A stretch of DNA of 60,531 nt from NCBI GenBank assembly GCA_039193385.1, contig JBCCWR010000003.1:1-60531 (forward strand), read 5' to 3'. Positions 1 to 12,614 of this stretch are shown one piece after another (position 1 is the stretch's first letter; each line of letters opens with the position of its first letter). The translations under genes and the position numbers were made by a program. This DNA comes from Verrucomicrobiota bacterium (GTDB lineage Bacteria > Verrucomicrobiota > Verrucomicrobiia > Methylacidiphilales > JBCCWR01). The notes below the pieces were generated by a model that saw nothing but the letters and a program-made list of their open reading frames with translations, made no database searches and was not told where the DNA came from.

Positions 1-1128
1 AACAGGTAGCTCTAAGGCTTTCGCTGCTACTTTTCTTGTCATCTCATACGGTTTATAATAAGTTGAGGAAACAACCTCATAGCGCATCTTTTTGCGCACT
101 TTATCAAAATTAGCAACAACACCTCCCACATAATTTTCCGCATCATCAGAAACGGCAATGGGGTAATCTAAAGTCATCAACCAACGTTTGTAGTGAGGCA
201 TCAGTAGAATTTCCTGCCTGTAAACAGAGTCGTAGGGCTGCTTTATCTTTTCCAAATCATAACGTGAGATACTCTGAATTTGGTGCCCATGATCGTCAGC
301 ATCATCTCCTCTTATCCAGCTCATTCCATCCGTTGTTTGCCACAAAACAGCACCTCTCCAATATCTATGATTCTGTGGGGGAATGGCTCCATCTGGAAAA
401 CTGACACGAAAAGCTATTCTATAATCTGGCGTCACCTGAGAAATCGAGCCCGGGTTAACTTCATCCGTAAATCCTGTCTTAGCATCAAAAAGTGATATTC
501 CTATGGGTGTCTTAATACGTGGAAAGAAAATATAAAGAATAAAAACAAGAGGAAGAGATAAACCAAACATTTTAAGTAATAAGTATGCAACCTTAGACTT
601 TGAACGTATTGGTGAAACATGTGCCTGAGCCAGAAAATAACTAACCATGATGAATTGAATCAAAGCTAAAAGACAAGCAAAGATGGATTGAGATATAAGA
701 AGCGACAACATGGTAAGAAAATATGAAAAAGTAATAAGTACATAATAATCTTTTCTATTGTGTGTTTCTAAAAGTTTCAGGCCGTAAAAGCCGCATAAAA
801 AGACACCACCTGCATCTCGTCCCCACAACATTCCATAAGCTGTAAAGGTAGTTAGTAAAATCCCTATGACGGCAAAATTAAAAAATAGACGAGGAATAGG
901 AGGCCTCCGGTAAAGTAGCATATACCAGCGGTAGGCAACCGAACCTACTAGGAATAGAATCATCCATATGGGCAATTGAAAAATTAAAGGAGCTATAGAT
1001 AGAATAAAACAGAAAATAGCATGTAGCGTTGCTCTTTGATCAAGTTCTGGCGCACCAAACTCTCCCATAAAATCTGCCCGGAATAGCCTGATCGTATCAC
1101 TCTGTCTCAATGTCGTAACGGCTGGCAT
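1..1128 (-). CDS. DUF3488/transglutaminase (TgpA-like) membrane protein, 3' end runs off window
   Basis: Hand translation of the N-terminal part from ATG at 1128 (alternative 1068) gives a multi-TM region with GRDAG...LKLLE, typical of DUF3488. It lies downstream of MoxR and DUF58, the usual triad. Absent from the ORF track because it is truncated. Confidence 0.8.
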   Translation of the reverse strand, partial: MPAVTTLRQSDTIRLFRADFMGEFGAPELDQRATLHAIFCFILSIAPLIFQLPIWMILFLVGSVAYRWYMLLYRRPPIPRLFFNFAVIGILLTTFTAYGMLWGRDAGGVFLCGFYGLKLLETHNRKDYYVLITFSYFLTMLSLLISQSIFACLLALIQFIMVSYFLAQAHVSPIRSKSKVAYLLLKMFGLSLPLVFILYIFFPRIKTPIGISLFDAKTGFTDEVNPGSISQVTPDYRIAFRVSFPDGAIPPQNHRYWRGAVLWQTTDGMSWIRGDDADDHGHQIQSISRYDLEKIKQPYDSVYRQEILLMPHYKRWLMTLDYPIAVSDDAENYVGGVVANFDKVRKKMRYEVVSSTYYKPYEMTRKVAAKALELPV

Positions 1129-1130
1129 TA

Positions 1131-2036
1131 CTACTTACTTTTGAATTTAGGATATAAAGCCAAAGCTTTCATGATTGATCTATAGTGAGATTCACCTCGG
1201 CCAGCAGGAAAATACTGTTCGGGCAAGCAAACGCTAAATTCAATATGATCCTGTTTTGCATCAACTGCCCAGCATGCTAATTGAGAGAGACGAGCTTCTA
1301 TGTCCAGATGCCCAAGCTTATTAAAGTCAAAACAGAGAGAACCTTTGGCTCCACCTCGATAATCTTTTATTAATAATCCTTTACCTCTGGAAAAAGCCTT
1401 CCAGTCAATATGCCTCTGAGATTCACCTAGCACATAGGGTCTATGGCCTGCAAATGAGTCACCCGGTAAATGCGACCATTCATCCTCATCATCTTCAATG
1501 TTTGAAATTTCTTCAGGCCAGGGCCATTGACCTTCTGGTTTTGGATAAATTAAACATTCCAAATTGACAGAATAATTCTTCTCAAAACTAAAAAAACCTA
1601 AAGGATAAAATGAGCAAACATAAATTTGATCCAGATAAAGCGCACCGCGTTCATGAACAGGTAGAGCCATTTCATGAATAAAATTTTCATTAGGTGCTAC
1701 CTCAGCAATAAAGCGATATTTATCATGAACAGAAAGATCTCTAAAAAAACACTGAAGCGATTCCTTAGGATCAGAGCTATTATTCACCATGGAAATTTTG
1801 AGACGCAGTTCCGAGCCGGCAAAAGCATATGCTTTTCCATTGAGTCTGACATCCAGAGACATGAGATTTTTAAATCCGTAAAGTCCTGACACAAGACTTA
1901 GACTTATCAGCATAAAGAATACGAAATAGGCGGCGTTGTTTGAATAATTAACCGCTCCCCAGAGCATAAAAATTGAAATCATAACAACCAATATGCCCTG
2001 AGGCGTTATATTGATTTTTATGCCATGAAATACCAT
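1131..2036 (-). CDS. DUF58 family protein
   Basis: Two N-terminal TMs, YPLG and 'F.GHRPYVLGESQRHIDWKA' DUF58 motifs. Start moved to ATG 2036 to avoid overlap with MoxR (track start 2114). Confidence 0.85.
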   Translation of the reverse strand: MVFHGIKINITPQGILVVMISIFMLWGAVNYSNNAAYFVFFMLISLSLVSGLYGFKNLMSLDVRLNGKAYAFAGSELRLKISMVNNSSDPKESLQCFFRDLSVHDKYRFIAEVAPNENFIHEMALPVHERGALYLDQIYVCSFYPLGFFSFEKNYSVNLECLIYPKPEGQWPWPEEISNIEDDEDEWSHLPGDSFAGHRPYVLGESQRHIDWKAFSRGKGLLIKDYRGGAKGSLCFDFNKLGHLDIEARLSQLACWAVDAKQDHIEFSVCLPEQYFPAGRGESHYRSIMKALALYPKFKSK

Positions 2037-2040
2037 AAAA

Positions 2041-2967
2041 CTATCTGACCCGAACAGCATGGAGCAGCTCTTCGACAAGAGCGTATTCACCAAATTGCTC
2101 CATCTGCCCCGCAACTCCCATACGGTGCCCTAAGACGGCTGGAGCAACCTTTTGCACATCTTCAGGTATGACCATAGTGCGCCCCTCTATAAAAGCCCAT
2201 GCTTGTGAAGTTTTTTTCAAGGCAAGACCGCCTCGAGGAGATAAACCTGTACCAGAAGAATCTTGTTCACGACTTTTTTCCAATAAATCCAAAATATAGT
2301 CTGCAATCGGTTCTGAGACATAAATTTTATTTGCCTCGTCTTGTAACCCGACAAGCTCTTCTGCTGTTAGTTCAGGCTCCAAATCATTGATAAGATCACG
2401 TCTGTTTTTATTCTGTATTAACTCTTTTTCAGCTTCTCGATTCGGATAGCCAAGTGATAATTTCATAAGAAACCGATCAAGTTGAGATTCCGGCAGGGGA
2501 AATGTTCCACGCTGATAGCCTGGATTTTGTGTCGCCAAAACAAAAAAAGGTTTCGGCAGCTCATGCGTCACGCCATCCACAGTCACTTGACCTTCCTCCA
2601 TCGCCTCTAATAAGGCAGATTGTGTTTTAGGACTGGAACGGTTTACTTCATCCGCCATGACTACTTGAGTAAACAAAGGACCGGGATAAAATTGAAACTG
2701 TTGCTGGCCTTGATTAAAGATAGAGTTGCCTGTGATATCCCCTGGCAACAGATCGCTGGTAAATTGAATACGCGTCATTCCAAGTCCCAGACTTTTTGCC
2801 AGAGCTACGGCCAACATGGTTTTGCCAACACCAGGCACATCTTCTATTAATAAGTGGCCTCGTGATAAAATAGCGCATAGAGCCAGTTTTATAGTTTCAG
2901 GTTTTCCTAGAATGATTGTTTCAATCGCACTTTGAGCTTTTAAAATTTTTTTGTGGTTCACACTCAT
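2041..2967 (-). CDS. moxR: MoxR-family AAA+ ATPase
   Basis: GHLLIEDVPGVGKT, RIQFTSDLLPGD, DEVNR, ATQNP, LPESQLDRF. Confidence 0.95.
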   Translation of the reverse strand: MSVNHKKILKAQSAIETIILGKPETIKLALCAILSRGHLLIEDVPGVGKTMLAVALAKSLGLGMTRIQFTSDLLPGDITGNSIFNQGQQQFQFYPGPLFTQVVMADEVNRSSPKTQSALLEAMEEGQVTVDGVTHELPKPFFVLATQNPGYQRGTFPLPESQLDRFLMKLSLGYPNREAEKELIQNKNRRDLINDLEPELTAEELVGLQDEANKIYVSEPIADYILDLLEKSREQDSSGTGLSPRGGLALKKTSQAWAFIEGRTMVIPEDVQKVAPAVLGHRMGVAGQMEQFGEYALVEELLHAVRVR

Positions 2968-3111
2968 CTTACGAGGGCAAGCTAGGCTATATTCAATCCA
3001 AGGTAAACTTAAAGAATACTCTTACATCAGGAATACAAGCTGGACGGCAAGTTAATTTTTCGTAATAATCTCAATTCGCGCTTTAAGAAGCGTTGATAAC
3101 CGTTACTTTTT

Positions 3112-3693
3112 ATGGAAAAGCCTTCAAGAAATAAAGTTCTGAGTTCGCTGATTTGGTTAAATCACTACGAAAAACAAATAGCTGAGCTGCGCCCTACGCA
3201 ACATCAGGCACGAAAAAAAATTGAAGAGCTGGCTCTGAAGCACCGTAAAAAATTACCTGTTCCTATCCTGGCACATCACGACCGCATCACAAAAAAAGGT
3301 AAAATCAAAAAGCTGAGCACAAAGTTTGTGCGTAACTGGGTATGCCGAGGCTGCAACATCGCCGTACCGATGGGATTACGCTCTAGACTAGCACAGAAGG
3401 AAGATTTAATTATCTGTGAAAATTGTGGTTTGTATATTTATCTAGAAGAGGAAGAACAGGATATCTTAGGTAAAAAGAAATTTAAAGAGCTGCTAGAGCA
3501 AGATGAAATACGTGCTAAGCAATTCGAGATAAACCAAGCCGCAGCAAGGCAAGCAGCCGAAGAAGCAGCTGCTAAAAAAGCTGCTGAAGAAGAAGCTGCT
3601 GCCAAAAAAGCAGCCCGTGCCGCCAAGAAAGCAGCCTCAGCAGCTAAAAAGGCCGCTAAGAAAGCAGCCAAAAAATCTTCTCAAAATAAGTAG
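3112..3693 (+). CDS. C4 zinc-ribbon protein (DUF164-like) with Ala/Lys-rich C-terminal tail
   Basis: CRGC...CENC zinc ribbon followed by AAKK repeats. Confidence 0.7.
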   Translation: MEKPSRNKVLSSLIWLNHYEKQIAELRPTQHQARKKIEELALKHRKKLPVPILAHHDRITKKGKIKKLSTKFVRNWVCRGCNIAVPMGLRSRLAQKEDLIICENCGLYIYLEEEEQDILGKKKFKELLEQDEIRAKQFEINQAAARQAAEEAAAKKAAEEEAAAKKAARAAKKAASAAKKAAKKAAKKSSQNK

Positions 3694-3864
3694 TCCTTTC
3701 ATTTTAGATTTTATGTAGCAATTGGCAGATTTTACATATAAGCCAATTATCTTTGTGCTTTCGTAGAAATATTTTTCGCTATTAAGATAATTATGTAAAA
3801 ATAGAAAATCGTCCTACGTTTCTTTCACATCGACAATCGATTCATCCATTATTATAAGAAACGA

Positions 3865-4440
3865 ATGCTTGCATTTACGGCCGATAAATTTTTCATCGAA
3901 AAAGTCATTAGCCTGGTCGACAAGTATTGTCCCTGTGATGTTTTCAAAATGAGGCTGGCTAAGCTCTTTGTGATGTGGGATAAGCCCAACGCACGCCGCT
4001 CACTGGATCATTATATACTGGGCCGTGGAACAGATCTTTATTTCTCAACAGGTGAACTCTTGGCTCAGGATGATGGCGTTTGCAGTACTTTTTACGATGG
4101 GGTTCGGCAGCAGCTTGATAGTGGAGCTGATAAAGGACTGGTTTCTGTGCCTCAGTGGATGTTTAGATCAAAGGACTGGAAATATGCACTGGGTGGTGTT
4201 GATCTAAACTGGATGCGCACTGGCGATTGCATCGAGATACAATTTAAGAAAAAATACTCTTGGAGTCCTGTGGAAAGACGCGTCACGCAAAAGCTCCACG
4301 AGATTGCTGCCAGGCTCATTAAGAAAGGGGCCAAAAATTTCCACATGCAGGGTAGACCTGTGAAAGTTAATAGAAATTCTATTTATAAAAGCTCACTTTG
4401 TAAGAAGGAATATGCTGCACACAGGCAATACCTTCTATAG
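3865..4440 (+). CDS. hypothetical protein
   Basis: 191-aa ORF filling the gap between genes; no confident family. Confidence 0.6.
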   Translation: MLAFTADKFFIEKVISLVDKYCPCDVFKMRLAKLFVMWDKPNARRSLDHYILGRGTDLYFSTGELLAQDDGVCSTFYDGVRQQLDSGADKGLVSVPQWMFRSKDWKYALGGVDLNWMRTGDCIEIQFKKKYSWSPVERRVTQKLHEIAARLIKKGAKNFHMQGRPVKVNRNSIYKSSLCKKEYAAHRQYLL

Positions 4441-4478
4441 GAATTTATCAAAACAACTGAGTATCAACTTAATGTAGC

Positions 4479-5570
4479 TTAATGTTGATCACAAAAGTCA
4501 ATACCGACTTCACGACACATACGAACGAGCTGGTTATCATCCGTAACCTGTTTGAGTTTAGAAACAGCCTCTGCAAATGGTACACTCCCAACAAGATAAT
4601 TTTGATAACTTACCATATGTCCCCAAAGATCTTTATTCACTAATTCTATCGCCCCTACGCCAAAGCGTGTACCAAGAATACGATCCAGAGCCGTAGGTGC
4701 CCCTCCACGCTGCAAATGACCAAGAACAACATGGCGCGTCTCACGCCCAGTCATATCTTCTATACGCCGAGCCACTTGTGAAGCAATACCGCCAAGTTTA
4801 AATTCACCGCTTTTGCCATCATCCCCTTTCGTCACAATACCTGCATCTTGGGCATGAGCACCTTCTGCTACTACAACCATAGTATTTAAGGAACCGCTTG
4901 CTGTACTCTTTTTCACGGCTTCCGCCACTTGTTCATAATAAAAAGGAAGCTCTGGAATAAGAATAATGTCAGCGCCACCGGCTAGACCTCCGTGCAAAGC
5001 GATCCATCCTGCATAACGCCCCATGACTTCCACAACCATAACACGTTTATGACTCTTCGCAGTAGTATGCAAACGATCGAGAGCATCCACAACAACGCTT
5101 ACCGCTGAGTCAAAACCAAAAGTAATGGCTGTAGCTGAAAGATCATTATCAATCGTTTTGGGAACTCCAATGGTCTTAATACCAGCTTTAAAAAGATCAT
5201 AAGCTGTCGTCAAAGAACCATCTCCCCCAATGATGATAAGCCCCTCTACATTGAGATCTGAAAGCGTTTTTTTCGTTTGTTCAAGAACGCCATCTGCCAG
5301 CGTAAGCTTATCTCCTTGCCCCACTTTGGTGACAAAATGCCCTTTGTTGGTTGTGCCAAGAATCGTACCCCCTAGAGGCATAATATCCTCGGTTGCTTTT
5401 GTTTGAAGAATATCAAAACGCGAAGGCTGTAACAGACCTTCAAATCCATCATTAAAGCCGACGATTTCTCTTCCGGCATTTTTGCCCGCGTAAACAATAG
5501 CCCGTATCACTGCATTCAATCCGGGACAATCTCCACCACATGTTAAAACTCCAACTCTTTTCTCTGCCAT
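4479..5570 (-). CDS. pfkA: 6-phosphofructokinase (group III type)
   Basis: GGDCPGLN, GGTILGT, GGDGS, PKTIDND, EVMGR, LGHLQRGG. Confidence 0.95.
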   Translation of the reverse strand: MAEKRVGVLTCGGDCPGLNAVIRAIVYAGKNAGREIVGFNDGFEGLLQPSRFDILQTKATEDIMPLGGTILGTTNKGHFVTKVGQGDKLTLADGVLEQTKKTLSDLNVEGLIIIGGDGSLTTAYDLFKAGIKTIGVPKTIDNDLSATAITFGFDSAVSVVVDALDRLHTTAKSHKRVMVVEVMGRYAGWIALHGGLAGGADIILIPELPFYYEQVAEAVKKSTASGSLNTMVVVAEGAHAQDAGIVTKGDDGKSGEFKLGGIASQVARRIEDMTGRETRHVVLGHLQRGGAPTALDRILGTRFGVGAIELVNKDLWGHMVSYQNYLVGSVPFAEAVSKLKQVTDDNQLVRMCREVGIDFCDQH

Positions 5571-5680
5571 ACTGGTGGAAAGTTTTAAAGACCATTAGAA
5601 AAAACTTCCAGCGTAAACATTTCTAAAATTAACCATCAAAAGAAAAATCAAATGCTGGAAATCTCATTGCGGTCGTTTAA

Positions 5681-7693
<2,013 letters not shown>

Positions 7694-7714
7694 GTCTAAT
7701 TTACCCTTTCAATT

Positions 7715-8362
7715 ATGTTTAATACATATTTTAGCAATCTATCAAAATTGATTTGTGTTGATATCATAAAAATTTCTTTAAGATATTCATTTCATAAATT
7801 CAGCTCGTACATTGTTGCGTTTGTCTTTATCATAATTTTCACAACTTCTTTAAGTCACGCACAGTTTACAAACCCATCATCGCGGGAAGACGCTGCCATT
7901 GAGCGTGAAAAAATTCTCCGCACGGCAGATCAAATTGACATCTTATGGCAAAAAGTCGAAGCCATGCAAAAAGACATTACTTTTCTTAAGAGCCGCATCA
8001 AAGAACTTGAAACGGAAAACAGCCAGCTCACAGCACAGTTGGATGATCAAGTCAAAAGCCGTGAACAGAATAAGCAAAAATTGCTGAAAGAAGTAACGGC
8101 TATTGTTAAAGAAAATACCTCATCTTCACTCAACTCAAAAACGTCTATAAGCAAAACAATACCTTCGAATCAGCAAAACACTGGAACAAGTGAACGTGGT
8201 TATGAACATATCGTTGCTTCAGGTGAAACTATATGGGCCATTGCAAATGCTTATCAAAAACAGGGTGTTAAAGTAAAAGTGCAGGATATTTTGCAGGCCA
8301 ATAACCTTCAAAAAGCCGACCTCATTAAAGTAGGTCAAAAATTATTTATCCCTATCAAATAA
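7715..8362 (+). CDS. LysM-domain protein with signal/TM and coiled coil
   Basis: C-terminal HIVASGETIWAIA...ILQANNL...IKVGQKLFIP LysM; start uncertain. Confidence 0.85.
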   Translation: MFNTYFSNLSKLICVDIIKISLRYSFHKFSSYIVAFVFIIIFTTSLSHAQFTNPSSREDAAIEREKILRTADQIDILWQKVEAMQKDITFLKSRIKELETENSQLTAQLDDQVKSREQNKQKLLKEVTAIVKENTSSSLNSKTSISKTIPSNQQNTGTSERGYEHIVASGETIWAIANAYQKQGVKVKVQDILQANNLQKADLIKVGQKLFIPIK

Positions 8363-8366
8363 CGTT

Positions 8367-8987
8367 ATGTCAAAAGAAGAAACACGCTATTTTCTCAGAA
8401 AAATCAACGAAGACTATCCCATTGGTCCTCTTAAAAATAAGGAGCTTATTGAACTGGCGTTTTCCGCCCGCATTGCACCCGAAGACTTCATTAGCATTGA
8501 AGGAAAAGAGGATTGGCAACTTGCACCAGAGTATGATTTTTTGCAAATGGTCTGGAAAATCCCCCGTGATGAAGACTCTTTTTATGGTCCCACCACTGTT
8601 GGAACCCTGCACGATTTTCTTGTTACAGGAGAGCTGGATATGGACCAGGAAGTGGAACATATCAAAACAGGGAAAAAGAAAAAAATCTCCGATCTAGTCA
8701 AAGATCATGCCCAACCTAATATCCAAAGGGTTGAGAAAGAAACGATGCTGGTCAAGCTACCCACTCCTCCTCCAGAGCCTCCCGCTCCTGATCCACCCAC
8801 TGCTTCTGAGCCCAAAGCTGCCACAAACAGTAAACCTGACAACGAACTTGAGGAAGTAATGGAAACCGCTCGGGAATTACGCATACGACAACTTGAATAC
8901 GATATCCACATGACTCAAGATAAGTACGACGATCTTCTAAAGAAATACCGTAAGCTCTCAGAGCAAATGCTGCAAACTAAGAAGTAG
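8367..8987 (+). CDS. hypothetical protein (two GYF_2-like repeats, Pro-rich linker, coiled coil)
   Basis: PIGPL / FYGPT motifs and PPPEPPAP linker; 4 bp after the LysM gene. Confidence 0.6.
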   Translation: MSKEETRYFLRKINEDYPIGPLKNKELIELAFSARIAPEDFISIEGKEDWQLAPEYDFLQMVWKIPRDEDSFYGPTTVGTLHDFLVTGELDMDQEVEHIKTGKKKKISDLVKDHAQPNIQRVEKETMLVKLPTPPPEPPAPDPPTASEPKAATNSKPDNELEEVMETARELRIRQLEYDIHMTQDKYDDLLKKYRKLSEQMLQTKK

Positions 8988-9084
8988 TATCAAAAAAATT
9001 TCTTAAACCCGCATGATGTAGATTTAATAGAGAATAGGGTAAAAACCTTGTTCCTAACATATCTGTTGCTTAGTCTGCTCGTTG

Positions 9085-10422
9085 ATGAGTTACGAAGAGA
9101 TCAACCCCAAGTCAGAATTACCTCGGATATGTATGATATCAACCCATGGCTATGTTGCGGCCAACCCACCCTTAGGAGCAGCTGACACGGGAGGCCAGGT
9201 TGTCTTCGTCATCGAGCTTTCTAAAAAACTGGCCCAGCTAGGTTATGAAGTAGATATCTGGACGCGCCGATTCGAAGATCAACCTGAAATTGATGTTGTT
9301 GATGAACAAGTTCGAGTCATTCGTGTGCCTTGCGGCGGCAAAGAATTTATTACTAAAGAGTATCTGTATAAAAAGTTGCCCGAATGGACTGAAAATGCGC
9401 TACGTTTAATAAGTCAGACAGAAATTAAATACGAATTTATCAACAGCCATTACTGGGATGCCGGTCTAGCGGGCCAGCATCTCGCAGAAGTTCTTAAAAT
9501 TCCTCACCTGCACACGCCGCACTCTGTCGGTATTTGGAAACAAAGACAAATGGAGCGGGACTACCCCGACGATAAAGATAAATTTGAAAAGACATTCAAT
9601 TTCAGTCGTCGCAACCACCATGAAAGAATCCTCTATTCTGAATGTGATATGCTCATTGCTACGACTCCTATCCAGGTCGATGTCTTCATAGATGACTATG
9701 ATGTTCCCAGAAATAAAGTTCGCATGATTCCTCCTGGATATGATGACAATCGTTTCTTTCCCGTCAGCAGCGCATCTCGAGAAGCCGCCCGCCAGAAATT
9801 TAATATCAAAGGAAAAACGATTATGTCTTTAGGACGCTTGGCGACGAACAAAGGCTATGACTTGCTCATTGAAGGATTTGCTGTAGCTGCACGAAGATTG
9901 CCGGACATCAAACTACAATTAGCTGTCGGCGGAGATAAAATGGATGATCTCGAAACACGTATTCTTACCGAGTTAAAAACACTTGTTCGTGATTTAAATA
10001 TTGAAGATAAAGTTATCTTCTCAGGCTATGTATCAGATGAAGACCTACCAGACTTTTACCGCGCCGCTGACGTCTTTGTTCTCTCCAGCCGCTATGAACC
10101 CTTTGGAATGACGGCTATCGAAGCCATGGCTAGCGGCACTCCAACTGTAGCTACAGTTCATGGTGGTTTATATCGTGTTCTTGAATATGGTAGCCACGGA
10201 CTCTTTGCAGATACTTTTGATAAGGAAGATCTTGGCATAACCATCATCAAACCTATGCGCTACCCTCGTATCTGGACTCGCCTATCTAGAAATGGAGCTC
10301 AACTCGCTCGAAGCCTATTCACTTGGACCGGTATCGCTCAGCAACTTATCAGTGCCGTTGAACAACGCACCTCGACAAACTTTGGTATGGAAGATATTGA
10401 ACCTGAAACGGGTTGGAATTAA
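9085..10422 (+). CDS. mfpsA: GT4 glycosyltransferase, mannosylfructose-phosphate synthase / sucrose-phosphate synthase-like
   Basis: ISTHGYVAANPPLGAADTGGQVV, HYWDAG, HTPHS, EPFGMTAIEAMASG. Resembles Agrobacterium MfpsA as I recall it; substrate not proven. Confidence 0.75.
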   Translation: MSYEEINPKSELPRICMISTHGYVAANPPLGAADTGGQVVFVIELSKKLAQLGYEVDIWTRRFEDQPEIDVVDEQVRVIRVPCGGKEFITKEYLYKKLPEWTENALRLISQTEIKYEFINSHYWDAGLAGQHLAEVLKIPHLHTPHSVGIWKQRQMERDYPDDKDKFEKTFNFSRRNHHERILYSECDMLIATTPIQVDVFIDDYDVPRNKVRMIPPGYDDNRFFPVSSASREAARQKFNIKGKTIMSLGRLATNKGYDLLIEGFAVAARRLPDIKLQLAVGGDKMDDLETRILTELKTLVRDLNIEDKVIFSGYVSDEDLPDFYRAADVFVLSSRYEPFGMTAIEAMASGTPTVATVHGGLYRVLEYGSHGLFADTFDKEDLGITIIKPMRYPRIWTRLSRNGAQLARSLFTWTGIAQQLISAVEQRTSTNFGMEDIEPETGWN

Positions 10423-10475
10423 ATATACTAGTAGTACAATTGAAATTTCAGACACAATGACCTGGAAATAAAGAT

Positions 10476-12614
10476 ATGGATAAGACAACTGAAAAGACGA
10501 CGAAAAAGAATGTAATCAAACTTTTTTCTAGTGATCTGGACGGCACCTTACTAGGAAACCCGGAAGCTACCGCTCGTTTCAAAGCAGCGTGGGAAAGTAT
10601 TCCTAAAAACAAAACACCTTTGCTTTGTTTTAATTCTGGCCGCCCTTACCCACAGATCGATAGCGTTCTCAAAAAGGACATTCTTCCCAAACCTGATTAC
10701 ATTATCAGCCTGCTTGGAACAGATGTTTTTGATGCCAAGAATAACAGCCCCATTCCAGAATTTTATGAACATTACCGGGAAGGTTGGGATCTGAAAAAAG
10801 TTGAAAAAATTGTCCAATCCATACCCAATTCTGAGAAACAGTCATCCCAATACCTACACTCCTATAAATCAAGTTGGTTTCTGGAAAATGCCACAGATGA
10901 ATCCATCGAACTCCTAAAAGATAAGTTTAAAAATGCCGGACTCGATGTGGCTGTAAACTACTCCCGTTACCGCTATCTTGATATCCTACCCAGGAACGCC
11001 AACAAAGACCAAGCTCTGGATTGGCTCTGCAAGTGGCTAGACCTGTCTTTAGAGAACGTGCTCGTTGCCGGTGATAGTGGAACAGACGCCTGTATGTTTC
11101 ATCTAGATGGCGTTCAGGGTATTGTTGTTGAAAATGCACAACCAGAGCTTTTTGAAGCCGTCGTTAGCCATGAAAACACCTTTCATTCCAAGGAAATCAT
11201 GGCCGACGGAGTCTTACTTGGGCTAAGACATTTCGGAGTCATTAAAGAGCTGCCCAAAGGGTATGCAGCCGGGGAAATCCGAGTTGATGTCGACCCTTCA
11301 TTACGCATGCTCTTTGACGAAGAGACAATTCCCTCCCTCAGCAAACAAGAGCAAAAGCTTCTGGAAACAGGCTATTTGAAAGCAATCGAAACCTTAGAGC
11401 GTAACATCACTCCCATGGGCTTCTCCGCCGCTTCTCTGGAGGATAATACTGTAACTGGTACGGATGAAAACTATCGTAGCGTCTGGGGTAGAGACGGAGC
11501 TATTACCACTATTTTCAGTATTGATCTTGATAAGCCCGAAATTCGAGCTGCTCAAAAACAAACGCTTAAAACTTTGTTCGACAGCATCACGCCCAGCGGT
11601 CAGATCCCCAGTAATGTCCGTATTGACTCTGGAAAACCAGACTACTCAGGCGTGGGTGGTATCTGCTCTATAGACAGTGGACTATGGGCCATCATCGCTT
11701 TTTATACTTATGTCAATGTGACTGAGGATATGGAATTCCTCAATGAGTATGCAGAAAAACTCGACCGTGTTATGAATTGGCTGAGTGCGCATGATAGTAA
11801 TAATGATGGACTGCTGGAGATTCCTGAAGCTGGAGACTGGACGGATCTTTTCGGCCGCAGTTATAACATTCTTTATGATGAAGTCCTTTGGTATAGAGCC
11901 AACATTTGCTATGGACACATTATGGAAATGGGTGGCGACCATGAGCGTGCCGCCGACTACTTTAGATGGGCACAGCATATTCAAACCGAACTGCTGGCCA
12001 CATTTTGGCCTTCTACAAAAACCAATGAAGATGCTGAAAACACCGTTACCTTCGCCGATCGTCAATTCTCAGTGGGAGATTCACAATATCTCCTGGCGCA
12101 GATCTCACCCTTTAACTTCAACTGGCGTTGTGACACCTTTGGCAACCTACTCGCTTTTGTCTTTAACCTACTGGACATAGACCGTGCTAAAACGGCATTT
12201 AAATTCATGTGGGGCGTTGGTGTTAATGAACCTTGGCCTGTTGCCAATCTTTATCCCACAGTACAGGCAGGGGATCCAGACTGGATGCCCTATTACACCG
12301 TTAATTTGCTCAACCTTCCACACCACTATCATAATGGCGGTATCTGGCCACTGATCGGTGGCATCTGGATCGTCTTCATTCATCGTCTCGGGTTAACTGA
12401 CATTGCCGCACGTGAGCTCGTCAAACTTGCCGAGTTAAATAAACTGGGTACCGAGGAAGAGTGGGAGTTTAACGAGTGGGCTCACGGCAAAACAGGACGC
12501 CCCATGGGCAAACGTTACCAGGCCTGGTCTGCTGCCTCCTTCATTCTAGCTTGCCGCGAAATGCGCGTTAAATCTGATAAAAACGGAAGTCTCAAAAATG
12601 ACAAAAACTCATAA
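10476..12614 (+). CDS. Fusion of HAD-IIB (SPP/MfppA-like) phosphatase and GH100 alkaline/neutral invertase-like domain
   Basis: N-term DLDGTL...GDSGTD; C-term WGRD, SIDSGLW, EAGDWTD, YHNGGIWP, FNEW, QAWSAA. Confidence 0.8.
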   Translation: MDKTTEKTTKKNVIKLFSSDLDGTLLGNPEATARFKAAWESIPKNKTPLLCFNSGRPYPQIDSVLKKDILPKPDYIISLLGTDVFDAKNNSPIPEFYEHYREGWDLKKVEKIVQSIPNSEKQSSQYLHSYKSSWFLENATDESIELLKDKFKNAGLDVAVNYSRYRYLDILPRNANKDQALDWLCKWLDLSLENVLVAGDSGTDACMFHLDGVQGIVVENAQPELFEAVVSHENTFHSKEIMADGVLLGLRHFGVIKELPKGYAAGEIRVDVDPSLRMLFDEETIPSLSKQEQKLLETGYLKAIETLERNITPMGFSAASLEDNTVTGTDENYRSVWGRDGAITTIFSIDLDKPEIRAAQKQTLKTLFDSITPSGQIPSNVRIDSGKPDYSGVGGICSIDSGLWAIIAFYTYVNVTEDMEFLNEYAEKLDRVMNWLSAHDSNNDGLLEIPEAGDWTDLFGRSYNILYDEVLWYRANICYGHIMEMGGDHERAADYFRWAQHIQTELLATFWPSTKTNEDAENTVTFADRQFSVGDSQYLLAQISPFNFNWRCDTFGNLLAFVFNLLDIDRAKTAFKFMWGVGVNEPWPVANLYPTVQAGDPDWMPYYTVNLLNLPHHYHNGGIWPLIGGIWIVFIHRLGLTDIAARELVKLAELNKLGTEEEWEFNEWAHGKTGRPMGKRYQAWSAASFILACREMRVKSDKNGSLKNDKNS

